NCBI GenBank assembly: GCA_038496445.1
Contig: JALMLS010000061.1
Span: forward strand, 92,434 to 156,433
Source: Trichosphaerium sp. ATCC 40318
Taxonomy: Eukaryota > Protista > Tubulinea
Direction: 5' to 3'
Length of the DNA stretch: 64,000 bases
Within the stretch, counting starts at the first letter, position 1, and each line of letters begins with the position of its first letter. The position numbers were made by a program, and so were the translations under genes. The notes beneath the pieces were generated by a model. The model had not been told where the DNA came from, did no database searches, and worked only from the letters and a program-made list of their open reading frames with translations. Below, one piece after another: positions 24,441-36,800 of this stretch.

Positions 24441-26789
24441 GGACCTACCCCGTGGGGTTTATGCGGTTTTGTTGAACCATGTAGCTTTGTTCCAGCCTTT
24501 CCAGATGTAAAATGCATCATAAACTATCAACGGTTAGTATATTACACTTGTAGTACCACAACACACCATGTTTGTATTCACCGCGTTGTACACAATCAAA
24601 CACAGAAAAACGCGCTTAATGTTGAGTCAAAGTCAGTGTCTTGACATGCGAAGAGCATGTCACATTCAATAAGCCAACTAGGGTACAGGTGTCGCAATGC
24701 AAATACTTCCACAATACGCCTAAGGCGTTTGTAAGCGAGAGATTTAAAACAGTTGACTGTTGTTTTTAAACGGATTGCCAAAAGCGTATGTTCCCTGTAC
24801 CTTTTGATGACAAGCTATCTCAGACTCATTTACCAACGTTTGACGAAAATGCGGCTCTAGGATTTAATAAGGGCATTGATTCATACTACGCTGAACCAAC
24901 AGTGCGTTATATGGTAGTTACGTTTATCGTTAATGACTATTATTACAGAATCAAAACACAAACAGCCCGCTAATATCACCAAGACGCACCCCTGATACTA
25001 TATGGACGACCAATACAGAGAAATTTTCGTTAGATTCCATACCGCGCAATAAAGGTAAAAAACAAATTACATTTAACTTCTAAACGTACCTAGTTATCCC
25101 ATCAGGCGAAATAACCTTACACGGAACAATAGGAAGCGGTTTTTTTGGCGCAGTTTCCAAGTACGTTTAAAAAATGATAAAACTAAGATCTGTCATTACC
25201 ATTCAACGCAAGAGGCGTATTAATACGCAAAAGGGGTATGTGGCGTGGCAGAAAAGTAGCTGTAAAGAAAATAACGCGTCAAACATTCAGGAAGTTATCA
25301 TCGGTAGATCTATTCGGTAAAGAGATAAAGATATGGTCTATACTTGACAACCAGTACATTGTTGCATTTCTTGGTATTTGTATTAATGCACAAGACCACT
25401 ACATAGTGACAGAATGTACGTCATCCAACTGGTAACACCTTGAGATACCGAAACTCGTTTTTGACGGTCTAAGAACACCAATTTTTTAGAAAACTGAAAA
25501 AATTCTTGATATCTGCTGAAATACGATTTGAAGATTAGAGACACTCACAAAACTAAACCACTAAGCGCCAGAGAATTTTTTTCACAAACACAGTTTTTTT
25601 TCTTGGATTGTTCTTTGTGTTTTCGAACTACTTCGACGTTGAACCCACACTGGGGCACAGTTACAAGAAAATATATGACAGTGATTCTTTACCTTTTCTT
25701 AGTGCCTTTGGCTTATTCTAATTTTTAGATATGGACGGTGGTAACCTCCAAGATTTCGTCCTACAGCAAGGTGGATTACTTACAGTACAAAGAATCCTTA
25801 GTTTTGCAAAGTCTATGGCAGCAGGTATTTTTTTGTTCTGTCGCCACAAAACACCTTTTTGTTTGGTTACTATACCTATGTATTCATTTATTTCTTAAGG
25901 CGTAGCATACCTTCATGGACATACACCATCGATCATTCATCGTGATTTGACGCCTAATAACGTGTTGGTAGGCAACACTTTTTTTTCTCTTTTATTCCTA
26001 TTTTTTTTGATTTTTATTCTCTCGGTTTTCTTCTTCTTGTCGTCTTACTATCTATTTTGTAGCTGGATAGTAACTTTATTAATTGCAAAGTTGCTGATTT
26101 TGGGTTGTCTCGGTTTAAAAACCCACAAGGACTAATGAGCGCTGCTGTTGGTAGTTTAGGTGAGTTTATACATGATTAATTATTTTTTCTTGTTTTGTTA
26201 AAATTAACACCCTCAAAATACTTTGTGATTGACTGAACTAACAATCAACGTACACATAAATACTCGCATTATGTAATAATACGGTTTACATTGAACTCAA
26301 TTAATACCTAAACTTCACTTAGTGTAGTCGTTTTCTAGAATTTTTTTTTACATTTTTTTGACTTTTTATTTTTGTGCCTTTCTGAACGATTTAACCGTTA
26401 CAATATTCCTCAAGTTACTCAAATAAATACTTACCCAAACTTAGTATATATGGCACCAGAAATTTATAAAGGGGAGCGGTATAATGAAAAAGCTGATGTT
26501 TACAGTTTCGCCATCATTTTATGGTTTTTATTCAGTACGTGATTGTATGGTTTCTGCTTCTCTAGCCATAGTGCTCACGTGATTTTTTATAGGCAAAACA
26601 CAACCTCATGTTTTTCATAATGTATCTTCTGACTTATTCGCTTCACTTGCCGCAATGGAACAGCAAAGGCCTTCCTTGAAACGAGTTGAGATGGCTCAGT
26701 GTTGGAAAAACTTAATAAGGGCGAGTTGGAATCCTGATTTTAATCAACGCCCATCGTTTGTTGAAATTTTAAACCTTATCAACCGGTGA
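24441..26789 (+). CDS. TKL (Raf/DRK-like) protein kinase, multi-exon; 5' end uncertain
   Basis: [66 protein letters not shown]. Confidence 0.9.
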
Positions 26790-27076
26790 CTGTGGATTTT
26801 TTGAAACAAGTAAAAAAGGGTCTGAATGAACACTCGAGTGTAAATTTGTAGCAAAAAAAAGAAAAAAAAAAAAGGTAGCAAAAAATAAAATGCATTGTAA
26901 ATTAACAAGCAGTAGTAAGGGTTTATTGTGGGAATTTATCTTCCTGATTCTCTTAGATAATGAAGGAAAGTAAACTGACAAGTATAACCATAATTGAAGG
27001 AAAGTTGAATGACCCAGATTAGCACTAAAAAAAGATAAACAATAATCCCAAGTTTTAGTTCGTTATTACTTGGAAC

Positions 27077-27530
27077 CTACACTTTTTCATCCCTAAGAGT
27101 TTGTTTTATGGGAGGTAGTACGTAAATAAAACAGTCTTTATTGTTAACGTGAACTAACTCACTGTGATGAACACAACCTAGCTCAAAATATGGATTATCG
27201 ATATTCAGGTCAATTCCGATGATAGTTTTTTTCTCATGTATATTTGGAATTATCTGGCTAAAACCCAACTGTTAGCTGGTTGTAGGCGTTAAATACCACC
27301 TTTGCGTGTAATCCAAGGCACTAAATAGTTTATTGGGTTTGTCTGATTGCTAAAATTAAGACTTCTATTCTCACGTGTGATGACTTTCTATAATATACTG
27401 AATCATTGCGATTCCCACTTTTAAAGAGTTGTCTATCATAATACGCTCTAATTTGTTTTTGGGTAGAAGGGTATTACCAAGAAGGGTTATAGTTTCGGGC
27501 CTTGGAAGAAAACTCGCACTTTGAATGTCA
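27077..27530 (-). pseudogene. Degenerate coding fragment of unknown family (copy at ~59930-60381, + strand)
   Basis: Exon-like AYYDRQLFK.GNR.DSVYYR and QSDKPNKLFSALDYTQRWYLTPTTS*QLGF.QIIPNIHEKK with an in-frame stop. Confidence 0.35.
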
Positions 27531-27845
27531 CAAAAATAATCGGGCTGTCATTGAGAATTCGAAGGAAATTTAATAGACGCGTAATCAGCTTTTTACTCTT
27601 GTGTGGCCAAAGGGTAGCCAATTGGTACAAGTGGTAATTCGCTTGAGAGGTCTTTAGTGTACAATGAACATAACAAGGAAATTAACACAAAACACGCCAT
27701 TTGCAATTGTGGTACAATATTCTTTTAGTACTTCTTAACTATGTACAAGGCGCCAGTGACATTCTCCTGGAGTGCAATGACTTATAAGAGTTTTATTTAA
27801 TATGTTTGATTACATTTGATTGAGATACGTATATTTATATACCTC

Positions 27846-30470
27846 CTAATTGAACAAGTACTTGATTGCCTTGTCTAAATCTCCATCACTTACAAATAAA
27901 GCTTCTTTTGCTTTTGATTCACTAAATCCAAGCTCTATCAATTTTTGTATACTATCTCTAGTAGCACGACGTGGTGGATTGTTTGAATAAGACTGGTTTC
28001 TAGCATTGGTTGTTGTACTGAATTTAGAAGTTCTTCTTGATCCAGTTTGTCGTTCAGGTTTCCTTGCTGAAGTAGTACTGAACTTAGACGTTCTCCCCCT
28101 TGGTCCTGTTTGTCTTACAGTTTTCTGTATCTTTATGCTCTCCCACTTTCTTTGTTTTTTCTGTCTAGTACTATACTTAGACTTACGTTCTCTGTTACCT
28201 AATAGAAATTACTAACGAATACCACGGGCTAAGATCCTCGCAGTAAAAAATTGTTGGGCGTATTTTTAGTGGTTAACGCTCTATTTGAGCATGGCGTTTC
28301 ATTTGGAAAAAAGCTGACTTAACACTGATATGGACTACTCGTATTCGTAGTATTTCATAACCGCTTGATCATGATAAAAGTATCTTTTGATTGAAAAAAA
28401 AAAAAGCTCTAAAACCAACTTACTTGAACATTGTGAAAGACGTGATCCGGTGGTATTCATCTGCTCGATTTTTTTTAGAACCTCAACAATACTACTAAAT
28501 GTTGGTCTTTCTGTTGGTTGACTATCCCAACAATCTTGAGCCAAGTAGGCTAGTTCTGATACGTCATCCTTATCCCAAATTTCGTCGGGGAAAGACGGCC
28601 TTTTAGCTTGCATTACACGACGTCTTTAATAATTAATAAGTTAATTAACCTCCGTTTTATTCTAAAAGTATTGTCGTACGCTAGGTCTGTTTTATCTATG
28701 ATATCCTTCCACGCGCGCTCAGAGCATATAAGCTCGTAGCATAGTATACCAAAAGCATATACATCCGCCCTAGCGAACAAGGTTAGTTATTTCTTGAGTG
28801 CTGCGTTCTCTTGCACGTACATTTGCCAATCTTTGATTGTTACTTTACCTGGAGTATCAGGGAATAAGGCATGTACTTCTGGAGCCATGTATCTTGACAG
28901 AGATTTAAAAAAAGTACTAGAAGTGAAAAGAAAGGCGGGTTTTTTTAGAATAAAAACATGGGACATACATTGGTGTACCCATGCCTGAACGGGTGACATT
29001 AATTGATCTGCCTCCAATACTTCTTTGTACAGTAGCTCTTTCATTCGCTGATGATACAGAAGAAAGCTTACTAATACCAGTTGTACCACAAATTCTTGAA
29101 AGCCCAAAATCTAATATTTTCACATTTGATCCAGCGTATACCATAACCTAACAAATAGGTCATTTACTTTACATACATATAACCGTAGGTCTTACATTTT
29201 CTGCTTTTAAATCTCTATGAGATCCATTCACTTTATGTATATACTCCATACCAAGAGCAATACCCTGTAAAATCTTCAACCTTCTTTCAAAAAACTTCGG
29301 CTAAAAATAACACCAGTTAGCAGTTTACTCTCCGTTGAACACGGCCACAAGGCGGTGCGTTTAAAATCAAGGAATTGTGATTTCAAACACATGTGAGCGC
29401 TTATTATTTGGGTCACAGATGCGTACCTGAAAAGCATTGCGTATTATAAAGTCCGTTAAAGATTTATCCGTGTCTTCTGGAAACTCAATAATTTTTGCCA
29501 AATCATTGCCAGGAATATATTGCGTTACAATACCCAATACCTTCCTTGATACACCTCTAATATTGACATCACCTAAATTATACGTCAAAAATAATAACAT
29601 GATTTAAAAAAAAACCTCAGCGGCACTGATCACGTGATATAATTATAAAATTTGTCAAATCTTCAAACGCACCATTTATGTAGCCAAGGAATTTTACAAT
29701 ATTTTCGTGATGTAGGGACTTCAATGTTATAACCTCTCTATGAAATAAAGCAGCATCATCCCCTTTTGCATCAACAGCAGCATTTCCTTTAAGTATCTTT
29801 ACAGCGACTGGCTCACCAGCAAACATCGCTAGATACACCTCTACAAAAAGAACACAAAATTAATCAAAAAAATGTATCTAACGAAAGAAGCGCATGTTAC
29901 TATCTTACCTCCGTATACACCACTACCAAGGCATGCTTCATTATCGTACTTTGATATAAGCTTGTTTGTGGGAATATACTATTGAAGATAAAGCAGTTTA
30001 GAATACACAAAGTAAACTTTTTTCTTTTTTTTTTTTTTCCAAGTCGTACCTTAACGCCTGCGTCTTTTAGTGCTTGCAGTTCCCTCTCGAACTTCTCCTC
30101 GCTCTTTTCTACACGTTCTTTGACCTCTTTATTCACTTTCTCTCTTCGTTGACGCGCTTCATTTGAATTTATTTTTTCTTGCTCTAATATACGCTTTTCA
30201 ACCTCTGCTTGAAGTTTTTCGCTTTAATAGAAACGTTAGACTCGATGTCAGTTGTACGCATGTAAAAAACTCACCGATGCTCTTCTTTCCAAGCCTTACG
30301 GTTATTTTCGTGGTTTTGCTGCATTAACGCTATCATTTGGTTCATCTGTAACGAAATCAGTTACATATTTATTATTGCTTAGTTCAAACCTGCTGTTGTT
30401 GTTGTTGCATCATTGCCTGTATAATAGGCGACATGTCAGGAGCCGATGGGCTTGAAAAAAGACCTCCCAT
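27846..30470 (-). CDS. N-myristoylated coiled-coil TKL-type kinase with C-terminal UBA domain, multi-exon
   Basis: MGGLFSS start, Gln-rich/charged coil, LGSGVYGEVY, VAVK, HRDLKAEN, DFGLSR, GTP.YMAPE, C-terminal IQKLIELGFSESKAKEALFVSDGDLDKAIKYL. Confidence 0.9.
28267..28380. repeat. Dispersed ~130-bp repeat, copy 2 (kinase intron)
   Basis: Matches 6641-6770. Confidence 0.85.
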
Positions 30471-31066
30471 CGTATAATATGTTGTAAACTGTTCGTAACA
30501 CTATATAATATACTAAACTCGTAGTTCCTTTCCAAAGGAACTCGACGTTAAGTCAGGAACAAACCGAAGCAGAACAATTCACTTAAAGTTCCGGATTTGC
30601 CTGCTGTTGAATTGCGTCTACAAATGCTGTTAAAAAAAGAGCTCATTTTTGCGTAATGTTTTATCACGTGATGTATTTGAAGTCAACAGAGCCAGATTAT
30701 GTATGCACTCCACTTTTAAAACAAATTATTTATGCTCTTTAAAATACTTTTATGCGATTGATGCTTCGTGTAATAATAGTCGCACATGGTGTGAACAACC
30801 TTATTCAAGCTTAATGTATTCACTTATGTGATGTAGTCTACAATGACTCTAAAAAATAGTTTAAATTAGAGTTTTGGACTATGATTAAAAACTCGGCATT
30901 TTTGAAAATAATATTGTGCTACAGAGTTAAGTCGTTTTATACTTTTCACACTTGGTATACAGTGTTAAATAAAGCGTTTAAGCCTATGTGGAACGTACAT
31001 AATATAGCTCCAATTCACAGCTGAAACTGAATCAGTGGTACTCTTGTTTTGGGTTTGTTCTTTAGT

Positions 31067-31350
31067 TTAGTTCAAATGTGTGACAATAGAGCCTGTCAGC
31101 GCCTTTATGCCTTCACCTGTTATTGCATAGCACTTAAGTAAAGAAATAGTGTACACCAACTAATGCTTTAACACCTTCATCAGTTACATAGCTACAATTT
31201 CTCAAGCGGATTCTGTGCACTCCTGCCAAAGCCTTCAAACAGTCATCTGTTACATAATAACACCCTTATAATATTATTGTACACCAGCCAACGCTGAAAG
31301 GCCTTCATAGCTCACACACAAGCAAGAAAGCATAGACCAGGTGCATCAGT
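31067..31350 (-). pseudogene. Frameshifted LRR relic of the TDEG/GVH family
   Basis: EGLSALAGV.., YVTDDCLKALAGVHRIRLRNCSYVTDEGVKALVGVH.., ITGEGIKALTG across two frameshifts. Confidence 0.8.
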
Positions 31351-31614
31351 AAAGAATCACTTTGTAGTGAATGTATGTTTGTGTGACGAAACCATGGTAT
31401 CACAAAAACCGGTAATAGTAGATTATACCTTAACAACCGCTTGGTAACAAATAAAAGCCCACACCAACAAATAATTAACAAGTTTTGATAACAACTGTCT
31501 TGGAGTTGACCTATTGACTAGAAGATTAATAACAATCCGATTTTTATTTGGTCATTGGATAAAAACATGGACGTTAAACTACTCAACACAGCTACAACAG
31601 TTTATTTTATTTGC

Positions 31615-32278
31615 TTATGAATACTTTCCATAAAGTACCCTTAACCCTGATGTACTCCAGCCCTTCATCTCTCCTGTGGGTTTGCCATTGATGTAATTAC
31701 ATTGTATTTGTAATTGGCCATTTTCATGCCATTTATTCCACTCTCCTTCTCGATTACTGTTGATATACTTACCTTGGGCCAGCAATTGGCCGTTTTCATA
31801 CCATAGCTTGTACTCTCCTTCAAGTTTGCCATTGATGTAATTACATTGTGTTTGCAACTGGCCATTGTCATGCCACTGTTTTGACTCTCCGTGTCTTAGA
31901 CCATTCTTGTATGATTCTTTCCAAAACACAACACCATTACCATGCCAACGCACATCCTGTCCATTCACTACACCATGGTCCCATTTTCGCTGTTGTAGGA
32001 GTACATAACATTCTTGAAGAAGGGTATATCGCTTCCATTTGCCATGTTTATTAAATGATTCATCGAAACGTATTACCACTGTTTTCGTTGACAATAGAGG
32101 CCATTTAATAAACATTTCAGGATCTGTATCTATTATTTCAAGTTGTAACTCTACTGGAAGGTCTAATACATTCCGAACAATCCTCGCACTTGAATTTCGC
32201 TAGTATCACCATTAAAAAAAAAAAGCACGTGCAATATTCCAAAGGAGATGTCATCGAGCGTACTTGTTTCTTTGACAT
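31615..32278 (-). CDS. F-box-like + MORN-variant repeat protein (5' micro-exon MSKKQ + intron)
   Basis: MSKKQ|RNSSARIVRNVLDLPVELQLEIIDTDPEMFIKWPLLS, then MORN repeats; GTACG...CTAG intron. Confidence 0.85.
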
Positions 32279-32506
32279 TTATTCGTTATTGTAAGGCCAC
32301 TATTACGTACAGGAACCTTTAAAATAAGTATATTTTCTTCTAGTGGGATGAAAACCGTTAATTTAGTCCGTCGTTTGTTGGAGTAAAAGGCGTGACTGTC
32401 ATTTATTTGGGTCAAACACAGTAAAAACGTGATGACATATTAGAATACTGAGAAAACCAGCGGTAAAAGGGTCAATCCGCATCATACTGTTTTGTGCACA
32501 ACTCAA

Positions 32507-33660
32507 ATGTCTAGTAAAACCAATTCAGAACCCGTTTATCATAGGTACTAGTGCTAACATATAACACTTCTCGTTACCCTCTAAATAACATTGTAGTACA
32601 GAAGCAATGCTGGTTGACTTGCCTACAGAGATTTTAGCTTATATTTTGTCTAAAACAACAACAACAGCGCAATTTTCAGCTTGCCAGACATGAAGGTATC
32701 AAGGCACTCAAAGGTGTTCACACTATTAGTCTTGGTGGCACTGCAGTAACAGATGAAGGTATCATAGCACTCAAAGGCATTCATACTATTAACCTTGGTG
32801 AAACTTCAGTGACAGACAAAGGTCTCAAAGCACTCAAAGGTGTTCATACTATTGATCTTTCTGGTTGTAAAAAAGTAACCGATGAAGGTATCAAGGCACT
32901 CAAAGGTGTTCATAATATCAACATTGAAAGTACTGAAGTTACAGATGACGGAATCAAAGAACTTGCTGGAGTTCACACAATCAATCTTTCATTTACCTCT
33001 GTAACAGATAAAGGTGTAAAAGCTCTTGCTGGAGCGCATAGCATTAAGCTTTGTGGGTGCGATAACATTACAAACTTAGGTAAAGACCTTACAGAAGTTT
33101 AAACAACATGATCTTTTGTAAAGCATAGCAACTGACATTCTCTTTCTAGCAAACAATTTACCACTGAAATTTTTTGTAAAGGCTCCAGCCTAAAAAGAAC
33201 ATGATCTGGGGCTATCTAAGGATGACATTATTCGTGTTTATGACAATGATGGTGTACACTTACAAAATTTTCCTTAGTAAAAGCTAACCTTTTTGTTACT
33301 AGGATTGGTGGTTTGGTAAAAATGGTGAAAACTGTGGTTATTTGCCAAGCAATTATGTAGAACAAATCTATCCTCAATTTTGGGTTGTTGCCTTGCACAA
33401 GTTCAGCTCTGGCATAGATAATGCTCTGGATTTGTCCAAGGGTGATGAAATTCTCGTCTATGATAATAATATGTACACATTCTTTCTTTAGTTGTTTTTT
33501 CCTTTCCTTGTTCATTACATAAATTTGTATTTAGGACTGGTGGTTTGGTAAAAATGGTGACAACTATGGTTATTTCCCAAACAATTATGTAGAAAAAAAA
33601 AACCTACAGAAGATCTTTTCCAAGAGCAAAATTTGTTTAGTGATGTTACAAACTAGTTAA
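32507..33660 (+). pseudogene. F-box-LRR-SH3-SH3 gene with internal deletion, premature stops and a frameshift
   Basis: MSSKTNSEPVYH|STEAMLVDLPTEILAYIL..CQT* (TGA 32691 at a deletion junction), about 6 LRRs, in-frame intron 33080-33149 into SH3 motifs DLGLSKDDIIRVY, DWWFGKNG..GY.PSNYVE (twice); TAA at 33191. Confidence 0.8.
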
Positions 33661-33831
33661 ATAGTTAATTATGTCCCACGTGATGCTCACCGTTTGGAAT
33701 AAGCTTTAAAGACTGTATTAGATTATCCATCAGCCCTTTGATTGGAAACTACTTGACCAGAAACAAAGATAAATAATAAAAGATTAATTTTAATAAAAGG
33801 ATTTCTTTACAATTATACAATCACTTTATGA

Positions 33832-36800
33832 TTATCTTACAGAGTCTATCATGGCTAGTCTGCATTGCTTATATTGATGCATTACACGTTGTAAATCTTG
33901 TTGAGTAAAGCATTCATACCAATCTAAAATTATTGATTAGTAAACGACATGACTCAATCAACAAAGGACCAAACATTTCAAGTCAGATTTAAAAAAAAAA
34001 CAACAAAAAAGGGCGTATTTGCCTACTAGGCCTGAACATAATCAAAAAATGCGTACTGTACTGGAATGGTCTGTTTTGAACTAACTCTGGTACTAACTTA
34101 AGGCTACAATAGAAAATAAGCAAAAAGAACAATTGGACGACCCAAAAAAAAGAAAGAAAAAAAAAGCCTCTAAGTACCAAGTATCATAATCTTTTCTGTC
34201 TTGTAGTACATCCAAAAGCCTCGAGAAGCAAATAGGTATACACAATGTACGTATAGTTTGTAGTTGTTGTAAACGATCAGATATTACAGCATCAGTAAAT
34301 GAATCTGCAAGAAAACCAGAAGGATAACCAAACATTGGTCTGTTACTGGAATTATTCCCTCCCAAAAGGATCGCAATAAACTCGTCTGAAAGTTGCTTCA
34401 TCTTCGCTACCCATTCATTTTTATCATTTGTATACTTGCTTGTTGCATTATCATTGATAAGCCCATCGCTGAATCTCACTCTAGGCCGTAGGCTACAAAG
34501 AATTTTGAGAACAAAAATAAAAAACTTCAGAAAAAAAATAACAAGAAAAAACGTACGTTGGCTCCTGAGGTTGATTTGCCTTTGTACGCTCATAAGCTGC
34601 CCATACATCAATAGCTTTTAAGTATATATTAATACAGTTATGTTCACGCATAGCATTGAGGGTATCCTTTAATTCACTATCGTAAGTATTGCCAGCCTAA
34701 AGCAAAAATTAGTAACAGTCAACCACAATACAACACAATTTACGCCAACAGGAAGTTCTTGACGTACCAATACATCTAATCCAGCATGTAACGCTTTCTT
34801 AGATTGTATCATAAAACTTTCTAGCCAAGTATCAAGCAAAGAATACACCTGGTGAAATGTTAGAAACCAGATACCAAAAGATTTTCAAGAAAGAAACACT
34901 TACTTCACGCGCAGGCTGGAGCTTATCATTCGCAATAAAAGCACGTGCTAGCGAATTTCCATACTCCAATGCCTTGAGGGGTTGTGAATTGAGGCAAAGC
35001 CACTCCAGAGATCGAATTTTTTGCATGTCACTTAATTATATCAATACAACAAGCCAAGTGGTTTTTTGATTTTCCAGAAAAAAAAAGAAATGATTTGCCT
35101 TGATAGGCCATTAAATAATCGTACTCTGCTGTTGCTGTACTGGTAACAGCACGTGTTTTATCAGTATCTGTTGTCCTCATTGTAGCTTCTACAACATTTT
35201 CTGTAATGATATCCGTAGATAGCTTATACTGTGCAGCATGATCCAAAGCACGTGAGCGAACGTCTGTTTCTGAAATTTGACGTAAATAGTCAGCGTAGAC
35301 GACGTTTTGTAACTCAACATCTGGAATACATGCAGTGTATTGCGCTACACGCTCTCCCTAAGATACATAAGACACATGAAGCCACAACTTAAACCGAAAA
35401 AACAACTGAAAGTTCGAAAAACGAAGTGAATGAAAACATTCTAGCTGCGCTCTTCATTTCCCTTATAATGCTTTAAACGTACAGGCTCATCATCCATGAG
35501 ATAGCGAACATAACGCTCTACAATCAAGCTTACCAAATTATCTTGACACACAACAGGACAACGACAATTTGTAATTTTACTCAAACGATATAAAATTATT
35601 GCAATATGCGCAGCAAATCGTTTGACAACAATATCTCTCCTATCAAATAATGAGTACAACAACACCATACTTAGAAGACAAATAAATAGGCCTTTGGAAA
35701 ATATTGGTAGTGAGCTTAGGCGCAAACAAGCCAATACACATTCAGAAAAGTAGAACAAAAAGAAACGTACCCTTTAGAGCGCTCATTGAGCGTATCAAGT
35801 ACTCCGGATATATCATGCAGTATAATCTGTTGTCTTACTTGATGATATAATGAAGCAAAGTGATTAGATACTACACGCTTCTCTACATTCTTTACTAATC
35901 GTATAATAGGATTCATCTCAATAAGTAAATCGCCTACAGGCTGAGAATCTGGTTTAAACGAACTTGGAAGTCTATCAATAAGCTACAACAGTCATTAATA
36001 ATCACAACTTCTTCACTCGTCTAATAAGACACTAAACACATGCTAATAACTCTGATAACTAGCATAGCATGTAGGGAAAAAAATAGTTTGTGATATGAAC
36101 GAGAAAAAGAAATACGTACTTCGTTTTCACGTTTGTGAACAGCTTCAACAGTATGAGCCCACATGAAGTCTTCCCACGTATTACAGCAAGGTACAATACC
36201 AGGTAAATAACCAACTAAAGTAGCGTATAATCCACGTTCGTATTGTGAAGGCATAAGATTACCTTCAACAATATTCTCAACCACTCTTGCAAAAAGTTTA
36301 TAATTTTTGTTTCCGTCCAATTTAAATTGAGTAAATGAGTTATGAAATGATAACCTTGTGTCAGAATAAGGTATCTGTCCAAGAATAGATGCTGCTCTCC
36401 ATGGATCACCTCCTCTCTACAATAACATGTTTTAAAAAAAAATTCTGTGCGCGTGATACTCTAAAATGATTTGGAATTGAAAAGTCTCCTTCATTGAAAA
36501 AAAAAAAGTTCCAAAGTCTTCTACGGTGTTGTGTACCTTTGCCATGGCATACGCTCTTTCGATTTCTCCACGACGAATGCATTCCCACATTAGCTTAACT
36601 AATTGTTCATCTGCTTGCTTATCCGCATGAGAGGTATGTGGTGATACTCTAATGGAATCAGGGTCATGCTGATGTCCCTCTTTGTTAATGCCAACACTTC
36701 GAGAAAAATTGACAGCTGACACTATTACATCAGGCAGAGGCTCACACTCTTCACTCCATCTGCGTAATATCTGTATTTTGCGTCAGAGAAGTGTTGAGGA

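Larger units (their letters stand above)
23431..32831 (+). repeat. Large segmental duplication, copy 1 (inverted copy at 54446-64000; homology probably extends left of 23431)
   Basis: The window end reverse-complements to 23431; near-identical paired ORFs throughout with scattered SNPs and indels. Confidence 0.97.

Noticed and set aside
33191-33193. Stop-codon reassignment (in-frame TAA here and at 60181)
   Set aside because: Conserved genes end in TAA, TAG or TGA and show no internal stops in the exons I translated; the SH3 locus carries other lesions and the 60181 fragment looks degenerate
20159-33660. Intact endogenous giant-virus or virophage insertion
   Set aside because: No capsid, packaging ATPase, polymerase or integrase was seen, and the virus-like genes alternate with intron-rich host genes
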